NCBI GenBank assembly: GCA_951406725.2
Contig: OX597836.1
Span: 744,001 to 808,000, forward strand
From: Octopus vulgaris
Lineage: Eukaryota
DNA length: 64,000 nt
Reading direction: 5' to 3'
Shown here: positions 1 to 13,829 of the stretch, piece after piece
Position numbering within the stretch: the first letter of the stretch is position 1
Layout of the letters: each line of letters starts with the position of its first letter
Notes under the pieces: generated by a model
Databases searched by the model: none
Told to the model about the DNA's origin: nothing
The model's input: the letters and a program-made list of their open reading frames with translations, nothing else
Made by a program: the position numbers and the translations under genes

Positions 1-1950
1 GTTAGGTCAGCAGAGATGTTGTAGGATGTTCCCATTTCTAACCAGTCAGCCATACAGACCACAAATTTGTAGTTTGTATGATCAATCTTGATGCACAGAC
101 AAGGACTTAGTTTCTGGATCTTGAATGAACTTTTATACGATATAAAAGCTTTTCTGATTTGATTAATCAATTAGGTGGCAGTTTGTAATGAGCATCAACA
201 ACTGGTGATGGTGTACTCTGCAGAGAGGGATTAGAGCAGCTAAGCAATAGCTTAGAGAAGGGGCTAGTGAGGAAATTAGAAATGATATTGCAACTGATGT
301 ACTACTAGTAGTGCTACAACCAATTTTTCAATGTGAAACACAATGACTGCATTGTCAGAACTAATGCATATGAGGAAGTGAAAGCCATTTGATGGATGAG
401 GTGTAAGAGATGCAACAACATAGCAACAAATCCATAATTCATTCTTTGATGGAATGGGATGGGCATGTGTAGCACAATTCCAAACAAACATATGCAGCTT
501 TCAAGCAGAATTTTGTTCAACAGTTCAAGGCTTAATGATGGTAATAGATTTTAATGTCTGCTTTGAGAGACAATTGTGGTTGTTGGCAAAGAATTGCAAA
601 AAAGTGCAACAAAAATCGCTGTAAAGAGCAACTGTAATGCAGTTGGTGGTAAATGGTTGCATGAAAGGTGCCTTACCACCTGGGTTTGGATAGGCTTTTT
701 TATAAGCTTTATATATATATACCAATTGTCTTGGTACGTGACTAACAGCAGAACAGGAAACACTCCTGTTCTGTGTCTTAGGAAGTGGTAGTGTTGCTGG
801 GGAAGGACAAATATTATTGATAATTTCTGGTCTATAACTTCTGACAAATGTAGGGTCAAAGAATTTGGTCAAGGTAGTAGCAGATTTAGAAACTGTCAAT
901 TTTGGGAGATATTCTGTTTGAATAGCGATGCAGTAAATCCCTGTTGGTGTATGCAGTTGACATTACTCATAATAGTGTTGACTATCACAAAAATTTCTAA
1001 AAGTATATGAAGTAGTGACATAAAGAAAAATTTATCCAAACAAGTTGGGAGTAGGGCCTGCAGTATGGCACCTGGAAAGGCAAGTTCAAGCCTTTATCCA
1101 GCATTGTTGGCTGCTGGATTGATGAACATCATAAGCTGCTTGGTATCTAGTTTAATTTGGATCTTCGAGAAGAGAGGAACTAAGAGGAAATTACAAGGAA
1201 GGTAGCTAATTGCTGTCAGAAATGAACTGAAAGGAGGTTTACGTTGAGTAGAACCCATTGCATATTACTTTTATATCTCAACAAGATATTATTTGCTTAA
1301 ATCAAAGCATCAATATTTTCACTTCCTGTGGCATGGATGCATTCTAATGGTCAGGCAGACTATTTGCAGCTAACATACTAAAAGATTGGGTACATAGTAT
1401 CTGAAATATTAGTGCTTTCACCATCAACCAGTAGAGCAATGTGGCTGGTGGTACTTCCACACTAGTATTCCATAGAAGTTAATAGCAGAGGAGACAATAA
1501 TCAAGTAGCTTGTTCATTCAAGAGAGTCTTCAGGCTAGAGACTATAGATAACTTCCAGAAATTTCTGACATGGTTATTATACCAGAAACATTTTCAGTTT
1601 GAGATGAGGTTGATAGGCAGGGTAGTGTCTTAAAGTGGATATCTGAGATGTGGATACATTTGAACGAGTTGTGGGTAGAGCTATCTCTCTGATGAAACCC
1701 ACATCAACTTCAAGTTTCAGGAGATGTTGGAAGAGAGGGAGTTATTATCTTAAATTTGATAAAAGCAGTATGAGTTATTAAAATGGTACATATGAAAAGG
1801 CCTGGAGTTTGTAGATGAAAGAAGAAAAATGCTTGAAGAGGAAGAGATATCCTTTGAGGTGTACCGATCCTCTGTAGATGGCAGTTCTCTTCAACAAGTG
1901 ATGGCTGCTCTTGTTTGTTTTTTATTTAGAGGTATTTCTATATTTTATTT
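1..1950 (-). mobile_element. Highly decayed L2/CR1-group LINE (RT, probable APE remnant)
   Basis: Frameshifted minus-strand pieces FFDPTFVRSYRPEI (~LDP..NYRPIS), QVVRHLSCNHLP, ILLESCICLFGI and RVHHHQ (~HQYADD) occur in the order expected for an L2-type RT. Confidence 0.65.
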
Positions 1951-2104
1951 GTTTCATATTGTCTTTATTAATTACCCCTCCTCTATTTTACTGTATATGG
2001 GCACAAAACAAATTTGTAATCTTTGTACTGAATTTTCATAAAGATTCCTTGAGACCAGTAATTAAACCATAATTAAGGATATTAAAAGTGTGATATATTA
2101 TCAA

Positions 2105-2312
2105 AATAATTAGAATGATACACAAAATATCTTGTGGTATTTTTAGTTCTTTCTGTTTTGAGTTTAAATCCTGCGGAGGTCAACTTTTCCTTAAATATAC
2201 CTGGGATTGATAAAATAAAGTACGAGTTAAGTATGGGGATCAATGACATAAACTAAACCCCTTTTATCAAAATGACTGTAGTTGTACTTAAATTTGAAAC
2301 AATTATTAACAA
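2105..2312 (+). mobile_element. tRNA-derived SINE with Meta-like central domain, decayed
   Basis: ttaaatcctgcggaggtcaacttttcc...gataaaataaagtac; related copies at 13830, 26550-27015 and 28995; domain name from memory. Confidence 0.6.
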
Positions 2313-2996
2313 TATAAAAGGCCAAAAGTCATAAGGTAACCCTAACCCTAGCCAACAGTATCTAATTACTTTTCAATAAGGTCTGAGTCCAAAGAACATT
2401 GTTGATTTTGAAGTTAATACATATACACATGTATATATGCATATCTTTGTCTGTCTGTCTGTCTGTCTCTCTCCCTCTATATATATATGTCTATACAAGC
2501 AGTTATATTTACTCACATATACATACTCATATATATCTACTTGTACACATACAGATTATAGATGTATAAATACATAAACACACACACACACACGCATACC
2601 TAGAAAGTACCTACCTATAAACACACACACATTTTTTTAACATTAGCTCTTTCTTCTCTTAGAGTAATTGAATGTCATTCCTGTTAATAGAATAATTTTT
2701 TTTTATATAGTGGAGATGGTAGACATGAAGAAAAGGGGGTGGTTATTGTTGCCATCTTCACAGAAGAACAACGACGCCGCTTGGCTGCAAGTGAGCCATC
2801 ATCAGTCTATGCAAGGAAACTCTGCATTCTGTATCAGTTGGCAGATGTGATTGAGTGGCTGTTGGAATTTTCTGGCAGATGTGCTGATTTACTCTACCAC
2901 TGCCTCTCTTTATTCCCCTCAGCTCTTTTCAGTGTGCACACACATACATATGTAAGCACATGCCGAGGATGCTGCTTTGCACACAAAACAAATGCA

Positions 2997-3071
2997 TACA
3001 ACACACACACACACACACATACAAATCCCTCAGTACACAGTTGCATATAGAAAATATATATATGTGAACAC

Positions 3072-3128
<57 letters not shown>

Positions 3129-3202
3129 TATGTATATATATGTATATATATGTATGTATGCATATATGTATATATATGTATATATATATATATATGTGTA
3201 TA

Positions 3203-3233
<31 letters not shown>

Positions 3234-3370
3234 GCATGTATATATATATATATATATGTATGTATATATGCATCATCATCATCATCATTTAACGTCCGCT
3301 TTCCATGCTAGCATGGGTTATGTATATATATATATATATAGTACGTTTAAATATGACCATTCCGAAATAT

Positions 3371-3422
<52 letters not shown>

Positions 3423-3600
3423 GTGTGTATATATATATGTATATGTATGTATATATATAGATGTGTGTATATATATGTATATATATATAAACATGTAGAT
3501 ATAGGAGTGTGCATATATATGTATGCATGTATGTATGTATGTATGTATGTATGTGTGTATGTATGTGTGTGTGTGTGTCTATATATATCTATATATGCTA
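2997..3600. repeat. Compound (CA)n/(TA)n/(TATG)n microsatellite with a short RTE tail at 3271-3318
   Basis: Directly visible; source of the YIYI/HTHT ORFs. Confidence 0.95.
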
Positions 3601-3819
3601 TATAAACTCTGCTTTGGAATAATGGATCTTGAAGCACACATAAAGCTATAAATAACGGCATGTAAATTTGTATTGTTTTTTTGTCTGCTTCAAAATTTAT
3701 TCCAAACAAGTGTTATTTTACCATGTTCTCTTAAAAGTTTATGAAATTCTCATAATGTCAGCATTATATATAACATGTATACATACGTGTGCATATACAT
3801 ATATACATATTCTTTTATT

Positions 3820-4222
3820 TTTTATACATTTCAGCTATTTGACTGTGGCCATGCGGGAGCACCGCCTTATCAGGTTTTTTTAATTTAAGAAATCGACCCC
3901 TGACCCTATACTTTGTAAGCCTAGTACTTATTCTATCGGTCTCTTTTGCTATCAAGCGATGGTGGGGGGACAAACAGACACAAAAACACACACACATACA
4001 TACATACATACATACACACATACATACATACATACATACATATATCTGTGTGTGTGTGTGTAAGATGGGCTTCTTTCAGTTTCCGTCTACAAAATTCACT
4101 CACAAGGTTTGGTCTGCCAGAGGTTATAGCAGGATACACTTGCTCAAGGTGCCACACAGTGAGACTGAACCCAGGACCATGTGGTTGGGAAGCAAGGTTC
4201 TTACCACCCAGCTACACCTGTG
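3820..4222 (-). mobile_element. CORE-type tRNA SINE with internal microsatellite
   Basis: Reverse complement of the 15761 copy: gtggtaag...ggttcagtctcactgtgtggcaccttgagcaagtgt...aaactgaaagaagccc, 3' part catggccacagtcaaatagctgaaa. Confidence 0.8.
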
Positions 4223-4253
4223 CTTATAAATGTGTGTCTGTGAGTGTGTGTGT

Positions 4254-4320
<67 letters not shown>

Positions 4321-4724
4321 CATATGTATACATATATATACATACATATATGCATATATATATATATATATACCTACCCATGCTAGCATGGAGGACACAT
4401 TAAATGATGATGATGACGATATATATATATATATATGTATAAAATTTTCAGATTCAAGAGTATCAGGTACTTAAAAGTGAAAGCACCAAGGTCAGGTTGG
4501 TGATAGTGCTCTAGTGTACAAACAGCGTACAAAAAAAAATACTCTCTAAAGTAAATACGGCTTTGTTCTTCAGTTACGCATACATTCACAAATAGCTAAC
4601 TGAATACACAACGAGTCATCAAGGTCACACGCAGATACACACTCACTACAACTATTGCACTGCCATCTATAGACTCTAGATCCAAACAAATTGCAGGTTC
4701 CAAGTTAGGTGAAGGATAAGCAAT

Positions 4725-4766
<42 letters not shown>

Positions 4767-4896
4767 CATGTGTGTTGTGTATATGTGTGTGTGTATATTT
4801 ATGTATGTATATATATATATATAACGTGCGTATATGCGTGTGTGTGTATATATATATATGTATAAGATATATAATAGTTGTGCACATACATACATA

Positions 4897-5375
4897 CATC
4901 ATCATCATTTAATATCCTTCTTCCATGCTGCCATGGAGTGGACGGTTTGACAGGAGCTGGCCAGGCAGGAGCCAGCACAATGCTTCAGTGTCTGTTTTGG
5001 CAGGGTTTCTACAGCTGGATACCCTTCCTAACACCAACTGCTCTGCAGAATGGGTTGAGTACTTTTTACATGCCACTCAAACAGTTAAGGTCATCGTATT
5101 TACCACTGGATGCCCTTCCAAATGCCAGCTACCTTACTGTATGGACTGGGTGTCTTTTTTAAGTGGTACCTGCACTGGCAGGGTCACCAAGTAACTTTGC
5201 AAGACAAAGAATCTTTGGGAGGGGAGGGAACATTGAAGGGGATGATCTTGTATCAGATGATGAAGGGTTAGGGTGTGACAGAGAGAAAGAAACAGATGTC
5301 TTGCTGTAGAAGAGGTACATGGTTACCCAACTAGAGAGAGGAAGAGGGAGAGACGGAGAGGAAGAAAGGAAGAGA
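4897..5375 (-). mobile_element. RTE LINE 3' UTR fragment
   Basis: (CAT)n-ttaa tail and ttctacagctggat..ccttcctaac, shared with ORF-bearing RTE copies at 48843 and 58026. Confidence 0.8.
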
Positions 5376-5392
5376 ACATACATATATATTTG

Positions 5393-5660
5393 TCATCATC
5401 ATCATCATTTAATGTTCATTTCCAATACTGGTGTGGGTTGGACAGTTTGACAGGAGCTGGTCAGCTGAAGAGCTGCTCAGGCCCCATGTCTACCTAGGCA
5501 TGGTTTTCTATGGCTTGATGTCCTTCCTAGTGCCAACCACTTTACAAACTGTACTGTGTTCTTTCAAGTAGCACCAGCATCGGTGCTCTTCTGGGGCACC
5601 AGCACAGGTGCTTTTTATGCGACACCAGCACCTACAAGCCTGCAAGATTAGGATCGCTCT
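5393..5660 (-). mobile_element. RTE LINE 3' UTR fragment
   Basis: Same tail and 3' UTR motifs. Confidence 0.8.
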
Positions 5661-5822
5661 GTCTTTAACCTGCCCCCCCATCCTCAACATCATCCCTTAT
5701 GACTTTATTTTCCACAGAATACCTCTTTCCTCTGATCACCCTCTCACATCTGCCATCCTAACTTTGTTTCTCAATATATTTATTATCCCTGTGTTCCTTT
5801 GACTGCCATCTCTGTCCTTGTG

Positions 5823-5860
<38 letters not shown>

Positions 5861-6372
5861 CCATACTTCACAACATCTCATTTCTCATCTATCTACAGTT
5901 TTATTATACTGTTACTCCCCCCACCTTTTATAATATGTACTGTCACCTATCACCTCCTCCCTCACCCACTGTTTACCCCCCCCCACACACACAAACTGAC
6001 ATTTACCAATGACCACACCTTTACTTGTATTCACTATTCCCTACATTCACCTCAATCATCATCTCTAACTGTCTGTCACTCTTCTTTTCCCTCCCCACAA
6101 ACTTACCCATCCTCCCATCCTTGATACTTTGCCCTTATTTTCTCTTTATCCACTTTCTTCACCTTGAAAATAGGCCCTAACAACTCATCTCCACTAACCT
6201 TCCTTGCTGGGGTTGCTATGTATTTCTTCTACGGTGAGACACCTGTTTCTATTCCTCTGTCACACCTTAGCTTCTCAACATTTGCCATAAAGACTCCTCA
6301 CTCAATATCACAACCCCACTCAGCTCTTCAGGAACTAATTTGTTACTCCATATATTCAGAGGAATACATATA

Positions 6373-7260
6373 TACAGAGTGTCCCAAAAAATGTATACAC
6401 ACACTGAATGATTTTAAGATCAGGGCTTATTAAATTATTTTTCCTTTTAAAAACATAGTAGAATCTACAGACAAAATTTAGTTTCTTTATGAACACTGGT
6501 TTTCAAATTGCTGACCATTCTGGTTTAGGCACTGTTCACAGGGCAAAGCAATGGAATTGCAAGCATCATGAAACATTTCATTTGGCATTTGTGCACATTC
6601 TCATTCAATATCTGTCTTTAATCTATTCACTGTTGCTAGTTTTGTACCATAAACTTTATCTATGAAGCATTCCCATAAAAACATGTTAAATCATGTGAGG
6701 CTCAGTGAATACTGTTACTCCAGGTTTAAATTAACAAGACATTTTTCTGTAATATGTGGATTGTCAGCTCCTCAGCCTGTGCAACACTGCAAGTTAACTG
6801 AGTCATTTAATGCAAATGTAGTGCCATCACTCCAAACAATCTTTGTTAGAAAGTGTGAATCTTCTACCCGTACAGCCTAGTATCACTCACAATACTCCAC
6901 TCTTAGGTCCAGAACAGCATGGACCACCATTGAAATGTAACTTATTCAATGAAGTTCTTCAAACTGACGTGGACATTTGCTTTAGAAATTCCTATCTTAT
7001 GACTTGGTTGTTGCATATATTTCCTTGAACACTAGCAGTATGATTCTGTTACTCTTTCTTGCTTTGTATGGCTTCTCAGTGTCTACAGTCTCCAGAACAT
7101 TTCTCATGGACATTCTGAAAACTTACATTTACTTCAAGCTTATCTGTAATTTGAGTAATGATAAGTCATGTAGATGGATCTGTTTCAAACTGCTTTGTAA
7201 ATTGTCTTTGCACTTTGACTGCATTTTCACTCTTTGGGACAAATTTCTTTGGTTCAAAGC
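6373..7260 (-). mobile_element. Tc1/mariner transposon relic (DUF4817-type N-terminus)
   Basis: End TA-CAGAGTGTCCCAAAAAATGTATAC; minus strand QRQFTKQFETDPST*LIITQITDKLE and DKVYGTKLATVNRLK...CEQCLNQNGQQFE; left end lost. Confidence 0.85.
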
Positions 7261-7277
7261 TTGGTTTAGCTCCCCTC

Positions 7278-7550
7278 ATCATCAGCATTTGGATGTCCTT
7301 CCTAATGCCAACCACTTTACAAAGTGCACTGGGTACTTTTATATGGCACTGTCACAGGTGCTTTTATGTGCACAGGCACATGTAATTTTATGTGGCACCA
7401 GTACCCACAAGCCTGCAAGACTAGGATCTCTTGGCTGAGAGAGGGATGTAGAGGACATGCCTGCATGCATGGACTGCCATGATTTTAGTTAGCTTGATGT
7501 GTCTTCTCAAATACAGCAAACCTTCAGAAGTCTGGCAGTTTGTTGTGCTT
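7278..7550 (-). mobile_element. RTE LINE 3' fragment
   Basis: ggatgtccttcctaatgccaaccactttac...cttctcaaatacagcaaa. Confidence 0.75.
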
Positions 7551-8006
7551 GAGACTCTTTTAGAAACTGAAACTGCGTTATCAGCTGTTAAATTGTGGTG
7601 CATACATTTTGGAGGGACACTGCTGCATATATATTATATGCAGAGAGAAAGAGAGAACGAGAGAGAGAGAGAAATACTACATTCTATACATATATAAATA
7701 TTATATATACACATATATATTCATGTGTGTATATATAAATACATGTGTAGACACATATACATCTCTCTCTCTTTCCCTATATGTGTGTGTGTGTGTGTGC
7801 ACAGGGCACACTCCATTAGTATCATGATGATGATGGTTTAAAGTTTTCCTGGACACTTTATATACCTTGATTTGGAGAATGGCATCTAGCAGATGAAACC
7901 CTGTAGATGTTTTCTTTGTTCATAGTGGGGACACGTATGAAGCATATTTCTTATGAATCTTACTAAATTTGCTATCAAGATATTTGCATTTGTTGTCATA
8001 AAGCTC

Positions 8007-8163
8007 AACTGGAATAACTAGAGTGTGTGCCACCTGGGGTGGCCCTTTAGTTTGCTGCCCCTGGGTGCCCACAAAAAATACATATTGCCTATAGCAGACT
8101 CAAAAGGGCCCTCATAAAAATGCCACCAAGGCAGACTGCCCATCACCTCTAGCTATGCCAGTG
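8007..8163. mobile_element. 157-bp hAT-type MITE
   Basis: 8-bp TSD TAAAGCTC at 7999-8006 and 8164-8171; imperfect 17-bp TIRs aactggaataactagag / ctctagctatgccagtg. Confidence 0.85.
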
Positions 8164-9419
8164 TAAAGCTCATGACACACAAATGCTTATTGGGAAGAGG
8201 TTTCATATAAAGTGAGTATAGATTTTGTTTCTTGCCATTTGTATCCACATCTAGACTGGAAGCATTTTGGTGGGGTGTTTAGCTGGTTAATCAATGGTAA
8301 CTTTAATCTTTTCATTTATGGTGTTTGATATTTTCTATATTTTCTGCTATTTCCTGGGTATCATCCTGCGGAGTGGTTTTAATTACAATGTTTATCACAT
8401 CTGCATAACAAGAGTATAGCACTAAATGTATGGATTCCTCTATTGTGTACTGTTTGAGTTGTTCATCTCACCATACCATGAAGAGGGTAGCTGCATTTCC
8501 ACAAATAACTGCACCTTTCTTTTCAAGGGATTTTATTTAATCAAATAGGCCTCAGTACTTATTCTAACCATGATTCCAACAAAGTATGATCTGTTTTGCA
8601 AGTGGGCATCTCAGGCACTAATTATAATATCTAATGAGACTAATAATATAGAAAGTCTAGGTAGAAAAACATATATAGAGAGTTACTTTGCAGTGGGGAG
8701 AAACGAAACGGGTAAGGCTGGATAGGTTGAGGGAAACCAGTAGTGTGGATTATATATATAAGGGCACCCCAAATGGGTGGTGATGTTGGTGCTAGTGATT
8801 GTGCCAGAAGTGGTATAAGTGGGCATTGATGATATCAATAATGGTAATGTATAAAGTCATGAAGGGGGTTTAGTGTTTGTATGGTGGAGAAGCTGTCAAT
8901 GGTCATAATAAAGAGGGGAACTGCTGAAAGTATGGATACTGAGGGTGGTGGTGGTGGCAGTAGCTATGAAACATGTGCCTGAAGTTTGGAAACAGCAAAA
9001 GGTAGCACCAGGGAGAAGTATCGATGACTGTGGTGTTGGTGTTAGCAGTAAGCTTGCAAAATAATTGTGACTGTGGCAATGGTGTTGCTGGCCTGGGTGG
9101 GGTGTTAAATTATAAACCAATGACATTGAAGGTACAAAACTTGAAACACATGCATGGAAATTCATCTGAGCTGCTACAGATGTACACTCATTCACACACA
9201 CATACACACATATATATATATATTGAAGAAAGTGGAGTCAACAAGGAGGAGTACATTTGGATAGTTATTTTTTAAATCACTACAATTTTTCCACCCAACA
9301 TGGTTCTCTAGAAATGCAGGTATTTGATTAGGCAACTGTTTGTTTGCATAATGAGATCTTGTGTTTCCTCAGGTAATATTCTAGAGTTGTCTCTGCTAGT
9401 TTAAAATCTTCGACTTCAA

Positions 9420-9700
9420 GCTGAAGATTTAATGTCCATATTCCATGCTGGAATGGGTTGCATAGTTTGACAGGATCTGATGGATCCGAGGACTACATTG
9501 TGCTCCAGTGTCTGCTTTGGCAGGATTTCTATGACTGGCTGCACTTTCCAATCTTAACCACTTTACGGAAAGTGCCACTAATAATAGTGTGGTTATCACT
9601 ATTACTTTATGTTAGGAGATGGAGGATAAAGTATTAGAGAAGGATATGGTGCAGAGCAGACTTGTTGTTGAGGAGTCACATAGCTACTCACATTTAGAAG
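9420..9700 (-). mobile_element. RTE 3' UTR fragment, decayed
   Basis: tttaatgtccatattccatgctggaatgggttg... tail motif. Confidence 0.65.
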
Positions 9701-10394
9701 AACCAGTAGTGGTGTTGTCTGTTTGTCTATCAATATGTTTGATGCACAGCACAACATGAATCAAAAGGATTGAAATTAATTTAAATATTAGATAATATGG
9801 CTGTGAGCGAAACATTTATAATGTAAATATATATTTTTGTAAGCTTTTGATACTCAGAAAAATGACTTGTGGAATCTCCTGATAGACAGTATCACTGTTT
9901 GTTGAGCTTTGAGTGCTCCTCAGAGAAGGCATCCAATTTCATGCCATAATATATAGCACAAGATATTCAGCTGTAATATAACAGTCATAAATTAGGCTCA
10001 CAGTGTGCTGGATGGTTTAATTTGCATATTTGTGCTTTTGACAGCTTGTTATTAATTGCAATGTATATAATTCATGTATAATAGAGTACAAATCAGAAGG
10101 ATAGAAATAAATTTGAATATTAGAAAGCAAGAGAGCAGGAGAGAGATGGTGGCAAAGTGCCAGGGCATGCTCACAATGAATGGTGATCAGAATATAAATG
10201 GGATGTTAAGGAAGAGCAAGGGAGAGGTAAGTACTGGCAAAGTGGAAGGACATGCCCTCAAAATATGGGGTCAGAATATGAATGGTAGGGTATTGCCAAG
10301 GTGCATGAATAGGGTGTAGAGACTTCACAAGAATTCTCTCTTCCACTCACTCTCTTTCTCTTGCACTCTCTCTCTTCCTCTTGCTCTATCCCTC

Positions 10395-10825
10395 TGACTG
10401 GTTAACCATGTATCTTCTCTACAGCAACACACCTGTTACTGGCCTCAGTCTTGATCACTCTCTCTCTCTCTTTCACCAGGTAAGCATGTATTTCCTCTAT
10501 GGTAAGACACTTGTTTCTGTCCCTCTGTTACACTCTAACCTTCCATCATCTGGTACAAGACCACCTCCTCCAAGGCCCCGCTCCTCTCAAAGGATTTTTG
10601 TCTTGCAAGTTACTTGATGACCTTGCCAGTGCTGGTGTCACATAAAAAGCCAACAGTCCACATTGTAAAGTGGTTGGCATTTGGAAGGGAATCCAGCTGT
10701 AAAACCCGTACCAAAACAGACAGTAAGCATGATGTAGTCTTCTGCCTAGCCAGTTCCTTTCAAACCGTCCAACCCATGCCAACATGGAAAGCGGAGGTTA
10801 GATGACGATGTGGATGATAATGATT
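10395..10825 (+). mobile_element. RTE 3' UTR fragment
   Basis: gtggttggcatttggaagggaatccagctgtaaaac...gatgacgatg tail. Confidence 0.8.
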
Positions 10826-11536
10826 AGAAAGCCTGTGACAGAAATACTAAGAATATAAACACAGTTTTCCAATGCGATTAATGAAGTAAAGAGGTGGAGT
10901 GTCTTCTGATAGACCATTTCAGGGTTTGTTGACCATTCCTAAGAGTAGATGTACCCAGTTTCTTTCCCAAATTAACTGCATAGAATATCAAGCTGCTAGG
11001 GTTAAAAAGAATTTGTCTGTATGGTATTTGATATAGCTTTATATATTGAATAAATAATAATCAGCGGAGTTTGGAAATAGCTATACTTCGAACTCCCATT
11101 CCTCACAATGGGAGTTCATCTTTATTGCTTATATGTATGCCAATGACCTCCCAGTCATTTCCCTGTGTTCATTTTGATCTAAATTTTGCGAATTACTTGT
11201 AATCCATAAATATTTTCAGCTCATTTTGCATGTGCCTGAATATCTTTCCTGATGGACACAAATCAAACAACTGCTGTGCTAATGAAACCAGCTGAGGTAG
11301 AAACATATCAAAAGGTGTCCTCTTGTCTCAAATAATCAGTCTGTTTTTACCTTACTGGTGTAATTTTTGAAAGCTCTTAATTCCTCAGATTATACCTCTT
11401 CTTAATTGGAATTGATCAAAATAACCACAAAGCTTTTACATATCTTTCACACAACAGGAAGATATTTTAATAAATCAAAAATTTATCTTGTATTATATTT
11501 GAAATACCTTTATACATATGCATACTTGTGCACGTG

Positions 11537-11797
<261 letters not shown>

Positions 11798-12179
11798 GAA
11801 TAGCACAATGCAGACAATTAGCTGTTTACATACTCACAAATACATGTACACAGTTACAGATACACATATACATGTGAATGGGTGGTTGTGTATATTTGTA
11901 AGTAGATATATAAATACACACATCTGTTTATGTGTATGTGGCAGAAACACACAAACATAGAGACATATATATTATACATACACTAGATACATATGTTAAT
12001 CCCATTTCATTTCCTTGATTGCTACATGCTTTTGTCCTGCTGCACATGTCACCTGACTTCTCCTCTTTGTCACAATACCTCACACTTATCACACTTTCTT
12101 CCTCTCTCTCCCCTCTGCATTCACCTTTACATGACTTTACTGTAAACGTCAGTTTGAGAAGGTTTCTACGATCACAAGA

Positions 12180-12620
12180 ACCACCATCACAACAATTAAA
12201 CCCACCAGCACCAGCATTATACACTTGCCACCACCACAGTAGCAGAACTCACTGGGAACAGCATCAGTGCCACTGCCACCACCTCAACATTACAACCCCC
12301 ATAACAACTACTATTACTAGTACTACCATCACCCCCAACTATCAGTACTTTCACCACCATGACCAATTGTCATTACCACCACCACCACCACCACCACCAC
12401 CACCACCACATACACACTACTTATTCCCCTTATTCATCCCTTAACCTGGTTATTTCAAGCCCATCATGTAATACAACCACTCGTTTGATCCTTTACACTA
12501 GCAAAACCAGAACCACCTCCACCACCACCACCACCACCACCACCACCACCAACCACTGCCACCACCGCCACTGCCTTCATCCCCACCGCCACCACCTCTG
12601 CCACATTCTCTATCACATTT
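12180..12620. repeat. (CAC)n-rich low-complexity tract
   Basis: Pure (CCA)n runs near 12376 and 12520 within degenerate triplets. Confidence 0.9.
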
Positions 12621-12909
12621 TCTTCTACTTTTACAGAAGATTTGAATAAGAAACTCAACACAATAAAAAACAAAAAATCAAGTACACATAAACCATAAAT
12701 AAATAATAATAATAATGAAGGCAATAATAATTCTCTAAACGAGGTATAGACAGTAACTGCTCTATAACATAAGGGACGTTAGCCATCCGAATGTGGCTAG
12801 GGACAGGGCAGGGCGGTGGGGGTGTTACTGATGCATTTAGCCCCAGGCGATCATCAACGTCACCAGAAGGGCTGACGCCATCACGGAGTCCTCTAGCCTC
12901 CAGCAGACT

Positions 12910-13258
12910 TGCAGTCATAGGATCATGGTTTCGATTCCCAGACTGGGCGTTGTGAGTGTTTATTGATTGAAGACACCTAAAGCTCCACAAGCCTTTGGCA
13001 GGGGGTGGTGGCGAATGTGGCTGTACTGTTTCACCACAACTTTCTCTCACTCTTTCTCCCTGTTTCTGCTGTACCTGTATTTCAAAGGGCCAGCCTTGTC
13101 AAATTCTGTGTCACGCTGAATCTCCCTGAGAACTGCGTTAAGAGTACACGTGTCTGTGGAGTGCTCAACCATTTGCACGTTAATTTCACGAACAGGATGT
13201 TCCGTTGATCAGATCAACTGGAACCCTCGTCGTTGTAACCGACAGAGTGCCACGAATA
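12910..13258 (+). mobile_element. tRNA-derived SINE of a third family, well preserved
   Basis: B-box-like GGTTTCGATTCC; 3' end gatcaactggaaccctcgtcgttgtaaccgacagagtgcc; retains CpGs. Confidence 0.65.
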
Positions 13259-13829
13259 ATGAAAAAAGATAGATTGTGTATCAGCTAAAACATTGTTATT
13301 CCACCCTGTATGCTCAATTGTCAATGTCATCATCATCATATGCGATACTGTTATCATAATTATCATTATAGCTAATAGTATTATCCTCATTCCAATTGTG
13401 GTCATTGTTGTTATTTTTGCATTTGTTATAGTCACTGAAAATCCTTCTCATTCCCATTATCATTATCAATGCTCATAGCCAAATGCACATGCATACACTT
13501 CACCCAACAACACAATATTTTGTTCAATTTTTTGAGATCTTTAAAGAGAAAAAGTTATTAACCACTTATGTGTCAAATAGTGTGATCAATTGTATTCTGT
13601 ATGGCAACCGAGTGTATACTTCTGTGTCTGTCTATCAGTATATTTTTATAGGCAGATGCACACATGTGACTGTCATACAGTTGATCTTAGCTAGAGAATA
13701 TCCAATGAGTGGTGGACACCAGTGTGATGAACTGGACTTCAGTAATCAGATCTAGACTGAAAAACTCTGGTCTATAATTAGAACTTACCAATGTGCAAGA
13801 TAATAAACCTCAGTATTAACAGTCTGAAC

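Noticed and set aside
2337-2351. taaccctaacccta telomere-like repeat (also degenerate near 60280)
   Set aside because: Only about two units; not informative
9799-9830. ctgtgagcgaaacatt...aatgta hammerhead-like string
   Set aside because: Core lacks a conserved A and helices I and II are absent
10460-10486. Plus-strand ctctctttcaccAG|GTAAGC
   Set aside because: Lies in an RTE UTR, derives from the repeated gggtaaccatg motif, and its pyrimidines are a (CT)n repeat
12772-12802. Minus-strand cacattcggatggctaa resembles the HDV antigenomic ribozyme 3' end
   Set aside because: No P1/P3/P1.1 pseudoknot could be built; it is a simple hairpin
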